Below are positions 44,701-48,846 of a stretch of 64,000 nucleotides of DNA, piece after piece (the stretch's first letter is position 1; every line of letters begins with the position of its first letter). The stretch lies in IMG/VR virus record IMGVR_UViG_3300048597_000634, positions 62,001 through 126,000 of that record. One strand, written 5' to 3'. Below the pieces are notes generated by a model. It worked only from the letters and a program-made list of their open reading frames with translations. It did not search any database and was not told where the DNA came from. Position numbers and translations under genes: made by a program.

Positions 44701-45116
44701 AAGACTTAGACGTAGATGAAATCCTTGACACTAAGGTTACCCAGGCTTCAGATGAGGCTATGTCTAATGCAGAGATTATCGGTAATGTAATCGCTGAGGC
44801 GGCGGCCAAAGCCTATAAACAAAAACAAGAAGCCACCCCAGAAAAAGCCGTTCATCATATTACTAACGTCCAACGTCCGGCGGAGACTGCCCTTAACGTT
44901 AACAGCTACTCGCGGGCCATCACCAGTAACATTACCCGTGCTACTAAAACACAAACTGTTTATCAACCGGACAACGACCAAAATGTTATCTTGGTCAGCT
45001 CTCAAGTAGACCACACTATGGTAAATGTCAATGTGGCTAACAGTGGAATTAAATCGCCGTGCGGGTGGCAGATGGCGGGTAAGAAACAAAGAGTACAGGG
45101 ACCTTGTGTTGCCTAA
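26772..45116 (+). CDS. Giant (6114 aa) tape-measure-like/ejected polyprotein with PLD-like, kinase-like, muramidase, M15 and M23-like domains
   Basis: 18.3-kb uninterrupted ORF with a long Ala/Gly-rich amphipathic/hydrophobic core. Kinase motifs HGDVHSGN..DYG; lysozyme-like YES..ASGMFQF..AREWAAFP; VanY/M15B SGFRS..SEHATGYAID..YEPWH. Confidence 0.75.
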   Translation: MAGTFGYTSVNNDHQLKFNVPDRFSASRTGQVRPESGSNPYVVYSETHTVFNLEQSLSRFKRGTVETDNFLVTAPPDSFLGWALGKTESQVLAKQGVTRVQQSEFSFGANKSKIHVPAETQGIGRLRSFLERVNLNGEPPLVSGAGVDPNVPKEIEQKLAHFKITTGDIDAAALGQYEGITDGNNSPVEAPTKVAVQTTAMYGNYQFHGTWGIVGGALSFKRDSSGITDLGRGAYTQGYMDTSIHIEDPRYLRMVDDWSKDKYATRGVFRSEDYSKEGQEKLEGVKLLRNVSIHEEAIRETAAYIEALSPRSATAERLSEGKQITNKDLENIRKEYAEDLEVIQSDMQAAGAMYYMSGPAMGYNETNLSDNTVAGIRRQQVKQTLDQIETLKQLGIKPVIHTDINRMDIDTGSKRRLLEEAYVVQTHTFFGMSQQQAHHNVSGLVIPNLDIDSQAGSRLKEAGLASESGLAGFISLGTARLIGSFAYEMGIQVDLDAAPDSYVDAIMGSIGRTLNVGAVYRQRKDAAYQGPSGADLSSFYKPTYRDVRSGNFQEIGLLPVMPNEMPDDFFEYYGGLSTRIYSDRYQALYGTKATGMQGHVLERLDAKLSAPGFGMGLNQLFRQDDLYTPGQGLAGFLATSIGRVFDTVSGHYTMQRIKKQHDGDLSGSLGEYQQKIIEQEHFRAIEQRGFFENLFNTLTTTIADTSLSMASYFGVTHAYSIAKAQIEDAGSKHILDVVTGAVGEGKAHTSILMLTGGHSKLFEEANQLHELMDKVGGFDSIKSASSLGDYLLAVQDFTSGQDVTIAEGATDSVFGWYKKKKDVEGFMRTPTGPGAAPVSALGEQQLFDFLDDIYNVKPGLDDDLASLVKKKLGQANTNSIDPAALRKAYAKALEEMGITINLPTSGNAHVSGSVELARSLDNANSGAIHMPDAVGFRNIRAVRRLDSANLTNMFLPFLDNAVDLSTEASKEGYLKAREQLVDLARAKPVLTFDSSVQGEHTNKILHYGYDRLTDLARTFDDLAQYLPAYPLLWIKPIRDAFNRYELAQGKTKDDILGTRRSFRDLIGPGFTGLLSLQGEVSRTIGSIAQVGVGKYVTNTLEVFKLQGQASVLEAKIANSFKESYKFIAQVHGAANNVNFDDVLQAFIDRLQDPKKSGINQQDFEELAKLHSEISLKINKTPGLKYSTGHNELGAPGEDSYAGLRKFLFSAGAVLIADRIIDHFFIKPQGVDLGDSLMSHIFGTVSPEVEGREEDAKVLAGYSQNYSHTAPAIFKYPAATAGYAIGGLVFPSVYHQASHLKYWTSATKGKQFTSDQVELVTQVASGITQGLQGITPNATKEQLAEAFAKGSANAFAGSNKLRFGYAGAFVGASLALLATQAITSVVASTLEPLVALGDTAFRGRWHDPRKGLELDPIKGSAAAIFAKAHRQGAARAAALSQRAEARGGKAGDYMDYTSRGSMVVAWLLSSSMTVSAQQPGRLFYPFATQIAAPFYQFAMVGKLDPSSNQITMQSGLQLFPLSGVGFMVPSMFNPATKYTPSIAEQFLINQLTDLTPGMNQRALIGDDSDVEQRKEAYSLLKASSGILSLALGSGLNPTFDYRPVMFIGGLTALQSAEQVLGKSVGRLKPDSALYKELKNYETVYSIASMGLNVTDKLTRGAFSLSLTGVNYLTHSITAFLGRGELSLFKAGPAARKLMPFYLSAMLVAGMLRPGQTTTEHQSDHIGSLIENLTEGNTFGAVRLEQDHLTNYVLATAIGSAGFGGALTASGAFENVADWANEAGTGYIGLKKQEMYKTYLEHLGKIGVSVDDAADFRKQLMVSIKRGENVTTLLSQVNRQQLPLLQSGAARLGMASRVLAPILLGSFVAAQFLSLTDFYDHSNPVSYLLRGLTDTGRGAQMTYEQKAMLSNLGIKGARYQPKNVGEAVSNVGDYLLRSVFFMGNPSKSMGTYQDAPSPFLGLGGPFGVSGQQDMMKSYMQSQSVAADVSGSFYLMPAMASEFNNAKSLGPLLAAAQRNPNLTDSRAVALYRATLMRKSRATYKNNISAGESAAISSPTLQIAIGRRSDEVRRLAWQTGEGHMLDLLTTMAAAGRIKTEATTNFISNAGATIYDFVGNNFRIQPTNIAGNPVRFSIQTNAEFARAMWTMAKGSNTQTDINTMLYDSERVQDAGPNPVTGYFGNIMSYAFGTFYDRTLDEYGPSFHNILPAAALAFSAVGLSAMLTGTAITSVVQGIGALGALQVYGTLADSARNLDQARQNVTHVIQSTSYGIGRDNKLMKQVGSVMSEMDMTGGVTEEAITALNSVFGKRNQVGSLGKFSNSLAGKASQLASMSASNTNDITEVLRQIKADFNDSVEGLQKGFNMSNDAFKEMLEGIFDATDSTLVAGINNILRNMPLEETRRQEIEILLLQHMQNNMDPLRNTSGFKLTDAAPSDKSRIVYNSLSDKKTMSASSAFINTVLDQEGYSGLFKRSTGGLFRASFAMFDMKAAYEFASFAAASSDPMDELERRRSSYAAAASLFQTFGMIIPGQVVLGTLAKNPTLAVAAMVAAVGIGSVAYANKGFRKKVSNFFKPKFKWADRNIIKPTIRSIASALDAVGSIGAVQTMLSPVRVITSGLDPMFTNMRRRAARIPGVNFIADMFIPETKESFYDRWSEQTPTMTAYGPRMELYTRAEIEQDRKNRIESRRRRGGQLNAGISVELMSGFLQGRPDSTELGRMRLERLTKGAGRVASEHIGYSYVSPLIHLAVKRRQQEIDSYGNALLGPLVPETRGSAAPILSLSTSVMRYSLHSTGSLIQAPMDVAGKGAAITIKSFAWLNDAFTKVKDSKLVFGLIGGAKAAPNNQMFTWAAAGVIGSSILADRLGWTQKEDKKWQTAGLVIGAGATAAVARPYAGAAFNMLADQDNFAGKNIRKLRRINMNAITDLAVKVGMGGLKWTKGLFSHASQWARTQSWSRIAANTGYSGAAIVGATMLLSPAVDDFLGWGEDPKKENDRKLLDRRRMTAIGVTAGVSLLARLGATWKPNLAGSAVNKVGGSVTRLATFGVSTLAVFKLSKVVMANQITGFGFNTAFNVGYGLLNLEDDAQGRAKAQAYEATTSTIAFGLTVGYAYNVYGKELINKARGIAPTHVGWAAFRHNVKSGLKNIFTPVTFGAPYWGQIRGLLGGGWNAVYNSNNLAGRALRPTGRYLGMAKDMLPKLPPGWNEPVNKFFGRKINWLINAQNAANPTKAQYAAFDAEQIGLREPARKLAIKKWGTVASHAAKLTPLIMDTATIAAAHHRYTKVDPKDHLGNYKEAYRAYYQSSAMTAVSSVLSAISGGDKKVGLVSTLLTTTQVSDIAGRMAEEWATKDLYSGRLLTEQRAGQDSYFSPESAAGVGALTLSAAATASYYKVGVFKSARWDKTANFMATHAGQVAQTAITAYNWQDTWRAGRQRYSGTNPNYIAAQRSSDLGKGALYAAAMLSLASKNPSSGGKNLALRTAGVVTFTAAAMAMDNTESYFAKQHTLAVREAGIRDVYVKNLIQREAAESTLGYGAAGAAIAGLTVASLLAFKGKGTPFWSKASYALLSAATGGSAASFFGHQWQLNKGIQKYKDGITPEQYLERQRWIDNGAYTPDSWRNTDQNRMQWLLWNTDSVNARNQVRRGRTGAAIGLGNLSSSYVTPDMIAAAQDRELRARYGQPITFTSTVQFVGGATILAANTFRYEKGLGAVGVTFRQHIKPTATLFDTVAGSAKDMSLWQKGKSIGGSTLNAGFQALPLMSYYFAAQGAKEQITKHSGRYSSGRMTTAQYLQATALSRRAYMARSEALYDAYLPGSSSIMRSIISGVAFGAAKGALSGVLDSKAIDDERRWIERNKEGLNLSSLNLAKANRASRKYLTGGSGTDKVVGLATGVTTLSINLSAGFITGGPVGIFTGLITSIVPGLQNQAIAKANISRHRARNVLLEKGNEVGHEGILDDLSGIGADGYGMMALNMGISSGASYLVKRIREYHKTKKAKEALESKRPGASPDVINNTSDDGDVGRGGGTDDAGGDGVLSPRPGGGGDGGSVGPAPTLKDADDRASTRAVLDTSNTSMSTEEVKAVMSRGNVSVEQYEGKSKSLQEYHSEKIEIYDKKINALNTERSALSAEIDGLITERLRLDDAYQNSSVTGGKEVYEAIEASHNASLKQLDDKLKQVDQRIVEIDRTINAHSKGRVASQTIISELGTAYTIRHQQFNMPAPAPDLVITPQPSPTVVGPQPTLEPPVSRGGTTVAQPVMRGRNAIVTDLGDGTVRKTLVPDGPNPQIANNIQVEAAIQRKMAIFGVSPDVRSVNVDSFVMRKVTGHAVSPLTGEALTASRLIAARKLALLHSLGVVHGDVHSGNILTSPDGTKATVLDYGYSRLASVEEAYSMLSDNVTVDRLKNNEFTSRPMADGSLGPRTVGSDLSGLINMSGSDSEEVLKVYKSEMDRHRRMPDSDNVFKLNELGLPPEIEAQVKWTNSSEITLNNGNLASRGADIVEPIIAQPQQSTQASRPITSAQEIINRSGGGSSVPTTPQPSIESHVKLGSGSTSSAPNPVISQPELLDTDNKVVGAPVEPDQIVAKGGANMVSPMPSQNLGTTTNPLPNVSNYDNNVVSNPLDQTPSGLNKQQPGGYINLGSDSIRPNDPVTIISRSGRGLVGNAIDSVKEADWQTRGTYASNTVSAGMATFNLYRGVTTLAKKNTTGFEKSYGFEYLSQSGAGYATTYLTIKGGLKATKALPYLNYASDAISLAYGSHRLNTATTEAEYIKAKGDVGGAIGGLAGNVAGQGIGWLVGGAIGAGIGAVIGFFGGFGIGAGVGAAAGFKIGSSIGSIVGSIAGSMYGEQVGRDWVTKNKYGAGDAVEVFDLTGKYKKTQEDKEQRRAASMARHDGGPKVSYVKPKATTGTKATAVKRVTKPMRPGSNTSKNGGTRSGVDGPTNNIVSFNPLSNVPGLDLFFPKPAAASDVIPTSAKVYTEPTLPKDIKNVDVDVTSRSLESKTQEEKEEIENKQWYEGLFEGLAAMGRNMTNTINKAAEYVGDLIGDAWNFVTGGGADATFADGKFSGSMAPLFNLIHKYESPGAGFDALNPSTTGTAVYGKPLTETTIGEIMDRSPRGGGRASGMFQFMPWINGKEGTLYSAMKAAGYTRDTVFTAEVQTNMAIKFLPKHRPELWAYLTGKSDNINAAMDDFAREWAAFPNSRDTGAYSGQRSAGFEETKQALIETRKLVMASGSAEAGFQTGAARVGGVVKTNVKTIRDGGGTPYHIDMMFDRSTSWEQRVQVFDQLAAGYAAMGRRIEFSNSAVSGLVYRTNLTQKQKIDMLKRVESAHSNRKGGSGRAAMDFFVPQEGHARWTGGPATSGSGANVEYLLPVIEGGYYTVGAKGRSGQHIQAFDASGKKIYEFFHGGGGQQGRFNFSGAGSGGSMPQATQQNRPPHPLTRGEKKVTSGTTGKGQSGSVTHFKYEEYTGKRVSVGNNQTMAEPAAIAFKKMQEAAAKEGVTLQARSGFRSVKEQGEVFKRGLDRREGNVYENTLYIAPAGYSEHATGYAIDITGTLSEGLTAAVADTAAGKWLAANSAKFGYQMSFPKGNADGVTYEPWHFRFMGDYYEGSEPDTSTDGVYVPSEGGSITRQRPQRRKVTSWAERERRAQERIKSGQVRREVNIGTPAKNNGVRQGGAKVQTKAEELPKNIQTNDVPAMSNDRRGVSGSSGGSGGGGGAGGGSSVISGPVYTQGDLGSPGAFHFDIKRVEGGFYERDYLDNYVQVNGKPIGTGITVKGGEYGAPRSYGGHGGWDYAFGDKNAGLSLVNGARLISVTPTKTYGDKLIFQLPTGEQFAIIHGRATALGKDSAGAEGAYAQTDGSVSLASGGGGRGGYRYMQPPRRKVTSWAERERRAQERIRSGQVVRQSYVTNPSRTRNNQVRPGGNITQSGGGFGWLKLPSFFRPQSTNQDKVSAIYEPDAKRNARQKDLLKTIPSNQKDLDVDEILDTKVTQASDEAMSNAEIIGNVIAEAAAKAYKQKQEATPEKAVHHITNVQRPAETALNVNSYSRAITSNITRATKTQTVYQPDNDQNVILVSSQVDHTMVNVNVANSGIKSPCGWQMAGKKQRVQGPCVA
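43671..44477 (+). repeat. Internal duplication RRKVTSWAERERRAQERI.SGQV (69 bp x2)
   Basis: Copies at 43671-43739 and 44409-44477, differing mostly at synonymous sites. Confidence 0.9.
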
Positions 45117-46186
45117 TCTTCATATAGCCGGTCTCTAATCTTCTCCCAAGCCTTGGCGTGGTCTGATTCGGTTAGCCATGCATTATAAGTACTGGTGTGA
45201 ACTTGGTGACTATGGCGCATCTGCTGTGCTGCCAGTCTACTATCTAATCCTAACTCGATGGAGCGCCGTGCCCAACAGTGCCTCAAGTTATAAGGGGGGA
45301 ACGGTATGCTGGCTCGATTAAACGCCCTGGAAATGCGCTGTCCATTTTCCCTATTACTCTTACCGTTTATGTTCGGTACCCTCACGTTCTTTAAAGCAAA
45401 TAAGTCTACCCAGTGGGGGTATAACGGCCATACCTTCCCACTGTGAGATTTACTACTCAGCCCGTTCTTCTCCGTTACGTAACATATACCGGTCTCTACT
45501 AGATAATCAAGGTCTATAAGGAAAACCTCATGGTTTCTTAGTGCGTAAGTTGCCATCATTCCGTATGCCCAACGATAGGGCTCATAACTGAATTGTTTAA
45601 CTAGCTGTTCTATCTCAGCGTCGGTTGGTAATAACCGTGGCTTTACTTGTTTCTGACTATAGTTGCCTTTTAGTTTAGATACGTCTAGCTCTAAATCAAA
45701 CTCAGTTGCCAGTGCCTTAAACGCTTGGCACATTAATTGTCTGCTACGAGTATTGGCGTCACTAGACTTAATCACGTCAAGCAATATGCGAGGGGTTAAG
45801 TCTTTATTGTTGGGTAATTTCTTAAAGGCGTCTCCGTAGTTACTACTCCAAGTAGTCTTAGTCTTTGTATCGATACCGCGCTCAACGAAGTACTTCTCCT
45901 TAAATAGCTCTATGGCTTCAAGGATAGTAATGCGGTCACGCTTTGGCTCCCAGGCGAAACTACCCTCCGCTAACTGAACACCTAACTTCTTAGCCTCTAA
46001 CTCTGCATGCTTAAACCCCATAGAGTTGGCATTAATACCTAAAGCTATTCGTTGTTGGTAAGGTTCGGTACGGTCACTGTTCGGCTTAGGAGGCAGCGTG
46101 GCCACTAGGTAAAGTTTTTCTCCCCTCTGCTCTATCTGGACTTTTACCTTACCTGCTTTTAACCTGGCATTGACTGAGTTAAGCAT
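45113..46186 (-). CDS. int: Tyrosine recombinase/integrase, cyanobacterial type
   Basis: YALRNHE, YNLRHCWA and MRHS..VH..TY catalytic motifs. N-terminal NARLKAGKV.V.IEQRG..LYL.ATLPPKP is typical of cyanobacterial integrases. Confidence 0.9.
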   Translation of the reverse strand: MLNSVNARLKAGKVKVQIEQRGEKLYLVATLPPKPNSDRTEPYQQRIALGINANSMGFKHAELEAKKLGVQLAEGSFAWEPKRDRITILEAIELFKEKYFVERGIDTKTKTTWSSNYGDAFKKLPNNKDLTPRILLDVIKSSDANTRSRQLMCQAFKALATEFDLELDVSKLKGNYSQKQVKPRLLPTDAEIEQLVKQFSYEPYRWAYGMMATYALRNHEVFLIDLDYLVETGICYVTEKNGLSSKSHSGKVWPLYPHWVDLFALKNVRVPNINGKSNRENGQRISRAFNRASIPFPPYNLRHCWARRSIELGLDSRLAAQQMRHSHQVHTSTYNAWLTESDHAKAWEKIRDRLYED

Positions 46187-46195
46187 ATCAAAAAC

Positions 46196-46243
46196 TGGCT
46201 TAAAATTGGCTTAAATGTCCGTCGATCATTGCCAATTTAAGCC
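46196..46243. promoter_or_regulatory. Putative integrase arm-type sites (left arm of attP)
   Basis: TGGCTTAAA at 46196 and 46207, inverted TTTAAGCC at 46236. The same doublet recurs at 47164-47183. Confidence 0.65.
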
Positions 46244-46254
46244 TGTTTTGTCAA
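46225..46254 (-). promoter_or_regulatory. Putative sigma70 promoter of the integrase
   Basis: TTGACA-N18-AATGAT on the minus strand, overlapping the inverted repeat copy. Confidence 0.4.
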
Positions 46255-46318
46255 GGGTAGTCTGTAGGAGTTAGCCTAAATAAACGAAGTGCGTATAGTA
46301 TTCGAACTAATTGTTTAT

Positions 46319-46948
46319 TTAGTCTGGTAGAGGACATGCCTGCCCTTCAAATTTACCTGCCTTTATTTTGTTCCAGAATCCTCTTCCTGGACGAGGGACA
46401 CCATACTTTATACACTGCTTCTTAACTGCCGTATCGCTGACACCTAAAGCCACAGCAACATCAGTTATTGGTTTATCCCATATTTGTTTATGTAGGTTAA
46501 GTCTAGCCTCTTCGTCGTCTTTGATTTTTATTACAGATTTAGACTTTGCTGCACAGGAATGGGAGCAGAATTTTTGCTCTCTTTTGCCTCTCCTTACACT
46601 CGGGGCAAATGCTGCACCGCAGCAGGGGCATATCTTAGTGGGCTTTTCTCGACACACATAAGTACCGTCAGCTAAAAGTAATAGTTCCCTAGATTCAGGG
46701 TCTAAGTTGTGAAAACGAATGTGGTCACCGTTTGTTTTAAAGACAAGGAGATTATCTATGTCATTATTCTCCTTATTCTCATCTATATGGTGAACAGTTT
46801 CCCCGGGAGCTAGAGGGCGTCCCAGCATAATTTTTGCAGCCTTTCTGTGTATATAATCCAATCTACTTTCTTCCTGATTAAAGTAGTAAAAATAGCCAGC
46901 CCGCTTTGCTTGTTCAACCATAGATGTTAGTAGGTTCGACTCTTTCAT
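46319..46948 (-). CDS. HNH homing endonuclease with Zn-finger and HTH
   Basis: YIHR...LGRPL...ETVHHIDENKENN...NL...H motif; CPCCG..FCSHSC; C-terminal VAVALGVSDTAVKK HTH. Confidence 0.9.
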   Translation of the reverse strand: MKESNLLTSMVEQAKRAGYFYYFNQEESRLDYIHRKAAKIMLGRPLAPGETVHHIDENKENNDIDNLLVFKTNGDHIRFHNLDPESRELLLLADGTYVCREKPTKICPCCGAAFAPSVRRGKREQKFCSHSCAAKSKSVIKIKDDEEARLNLHKQIWDKPITDVAVALGVSDTAVKKQCIKYGVPRPGRGFWNKIKAGKFEGQACPLPD

Positions 46949-47010
46949 TGTAGCAGAATCGAACCAGCTAACAGCGCTAATAGCTATATGCTCAAATGGA
47001 CACCTACATA

Positions 47011-47048
47011 AAAGAAAAAGCCCTCTATAGGTTCGAACCCATATGAGG
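47011..47048 (-). terminator. Intrinsic terminator-like hairpin downstream of the tRNA fragment
   Basis: Minus strand CCTCATATGGG-TTCGAA-CCTATAGAGG followed by GCTTTTTCTTTT. Confidence 0.55.
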
Positions 47049-47076
47049 TCATCTTTTCAATATAGATGCAGTCTTT

Positions 47077-47131
47077 AACCTGCGACCGTCCGCTTAGAAG
47101 GCGGATGCTCTATCCACTGAGCTACGCACCC
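47077..47131 (-). pseudogene. 5' 55 nt of tRNA-Arg(UCU), truncated in the T-loop (likely attP identity block)
   Basis: GGGTGCG TA GCTC AGTGGATA GAGC A TCCGC CTTCTAA GCGGA CGGTC GCAGGTT: perfect D and anticodon arms. The expected CGAATCCTGC-CGCACCC 3' end does not follow. Confidence 0.9.
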
Positions 47132-47147
47132 AGGCTTGCCCTTAATA

Positions 47148-47153
47148 ATTATA
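47148..47153 (-). promoter_or_regulatory. -10 box upstream of the tRNA fragment
   Basis: TATAAT ending 16 nt upstream of the tRNA 5' end; no clear -35. Confidence 0.45.
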
Positions 47154-47163
47154 TCTTCAACAG

Positions 47164-47183
47164 TGGCTTAAAATTTGGCTTAA
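47164..47183. promoter_or_regulatory. Putative integrase arm-type sites (right arm of attP)
   Basis: TGGCTTAAAATTTGGCTTAA, nearly identical to TGGCTTAAAATTGGCTTAA at 46196. Confidence 0.65.
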
Positions 47184-47210
47184 CTATTAACTTGTTGTTT
47201 ATATCATAAC

Positions 47211-47244
47211 AAGCTGGTGGTGAAAAAGCAACCCCTACCAGCTT
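47211..47244. terminator. Stem-loop ending the leftward early operon
   Basis: AAGCTGGT...ACCAGCTT inverted repeat in AT-rich intergenic DNA downstream of the last minus-strand ORF. Confidence 0.5.
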
Positions 47245-47309
47245 ATTTATTTTTGGTTCTTAAACATACTGTCAATATATCTTTTATATTTGTTTGGCAG
47301 AGATATTAA

Positions 47310-47552
47310 TTAGAACTCAGCAGGAGCAATGATTTGCCAGATATTTTCTGTGCTTTCACTGTCTAAACTTGCGCTTGCTGTTGACGTCAATATCTCCAGT
47401 AGTTGGTTGGGGTCATAGATTCCACTACTGTGGTCGTCGTAGACTTTTACCCCGTCGTCGTCAACATCTACACGTAGTCCGCTATAAGGGTCGTGCTCTG
47501 CAGAGCATTTAAGGCTGTCAATTTCTTTGTTAATTAGTTTAATAATAGACAT
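47310..47552 (-). CDS. Small acidic hypothetical protein
   Basis: Probable ATG 47552 (MSIIKLIN); the track start 47612 overlaps the upstream gene. Confidence 0.55.
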   Translation of the reverse strand: MSIIKLINKEIDSLKCSAEHDPYSGLRVDVDDDGVKVYDDHSSGIYDPNQLLEILTSTASASLDSESTENIWQIIAPAEF

Positions 47553-47571
47553 GTAGTTATTTGGTATTCTC

Positions 47572-47853
47572 TTATAAAGCAGATTGATACTGTTCAAAGC
47601 AGTATTTGGCATACTCTATAGCTAAGTCGCCTAAGACTTCTTTGTCCTCGTCTGTTAACTTGTTGACCGCCTCTTCTGTCCATTCTTCCCATGGAGTCCC
47701 CATTTCCCAATCGAATCTGCCATTCTCTGTGACAGACTCTTTGAATCCCCATTTACAGAAGTATGGGAGAACATCACGGCTTAACTTGACGTCTCTTCCT
47801 TCAATAAACGAAGCGTACAAATCGTTTTCAACTGCAAAAGTATTAATGTCCAT
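47572..47853 (-). CDS. Small acidic hypothetical protein
   Basis: Probable ATG 47853 (MDINTF). Confidence 0.55.
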   Translation of the reverse strand: MDINTFAVENDLYASFIEGRDVKLSRDVLPYFCKWGFKESVTENGRFDWEMGTPWEEWTEEAVNKLTDEDKEVLGDLAIEYAKYCFEQYQSAL

Positions 47854-47912
47854 TTTGTTGCTTGTAATTGTTTGTGGTGGGTTTGGTATACGGTCCAAAC
47901 CATAATATACTC

Positions 47913-48560
47913 CTAATTCCCCGAAGGAGCGTAAATCACCGGCTTAGTTGGGAACTTAGGAAACGACAATGGCGGCGCTACATTCAAGGGCACCGGCTTC
48001 TTCGGTTTAAACTCATAAGTAAACCGCCCGGACTTAATAGCCAATCCTTCGTCTTCCAGCTTAAGCAAAGCCGCCCGCGCCGCTTCCTTCCATAAATGTC
48101 GGTCAGCACGACTAGGGGTTAACCGTAAGTCTAGTAGACGCTCTTTGTCAGCATCACCCATTTTAAGCAGGTATTCGTCGTAGATATGGTCGTTATACTC
48201 GTAGCTGGTGGTACTGCCCAGCGCAAACTTATCTAGGTCTAAGTCAGCTTTAACTCGGTTATAGATATAGTCGGTTAACTCTAACAGGTCAGACTTGGTA
48301 CCAAACTTGACGTTATCTAGCCCGTCGATAATCGGATGAGCCGCCGGCTTCGGTTTGGGTTCTTGGGTAGCATTAGAGGCGGGGGCGGCGGGGCTAAAAC
48401 TAAGTAACAACCCAGTAAGCACATCAAGGGACTTATAGTCTTCAGAGGTAACGGATTCTACTGCCAGCTCTTTAATACAGCTCAGGAGCTTCGTTTGGCA
48501 ATTCTGGGAGAGGCTCTCGAGCAATTGATTCAGCGTAGGCTCGGACGATGACTTGTGCAT
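47913..48560 (-). CDS. Protein with Mrr-N-like winged-helix domain
   Basis: IYNRV...RHLWKEAARAALLKLEDEGLAIKSGRFTYEF resembles the Mrr N-terminal wHTH. Confidence 0.45.
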   Translation of the reverse strand: MHKSSSEPTLNQLLESLSQNCQTKLLSCIKELAVESVTSEDYKSLDVLTGLLLSFSPAAPASNATQEPKPKPAAHPIIDGLDNVKFGTKSDLLELTDYIYNRVKADLDLDKFALGSTTSYEYNDHIYDEYLLKMGDADKERLLDLRLTPSRADRHLWKEAARAALLKLEDEGLAIKSGRFTYEFKPKKPVPLNVAPPLSFPKFPTKPVIYAPSGN

Positions 48561-48846
48561 AACGGTTATTAACTAATGATTGTGAACTTTTGACTTTCTG
48601 ATTAGGCAGTCCCACACATAGGATTCCGCCAAAGGGTGGGGTGCCGGAAATAGCGGCGATTATAGCTTGTTCTCCGCCCTCTTTATATAGTTCTATGACT
48701 TGACCTACATAAGGGCTTTCTAGGTTAAGCCAGTCATAGAACCATGGGGATGTCTCATACCAGCGGCGCAATGATACGGCATAGATACCGCTATGCATTC
48801 GCTGAGGCGGCGGTGTTGATTTCTTATCTAGGGTTTTGACCATCAT
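48472..48846 (-). CDS. Hypothetical protein
   Basis: Starts immediately after the previous stop; its 3' end overlaps the next gene. Confidence 0.5.
   Translation of the reverse strand: MMVKTLDKKSTPPPQRMHSGIYAVSLRRWYETSPWFYDWLNLESPYVGQVIELYKEGGEQAIIAAISGTPPFGGILCVGLPNQKVKSSQSLVNNRYAQVIVRAYAESIAREPLPELPNEAPELY

Noticed and set aside
1301-45089. Numerous short antisense or alternative-frame ORFs in the track (e.g. 13271..13639, 22481..22765, 41036..41326)
   Set aside because: They lie wholly within long motif-bearing genes and mirror their low-complexity codons.
46305-47076. Group I intron in the tRNA T-loop encoding the HNH
   Set aside because: A P1-like pairing and AGACTA words exist. However, I found no matching S element or P7 partner, there is an internal terminator-like hairpin, and the putative 3' exon cannot form a T-stem.
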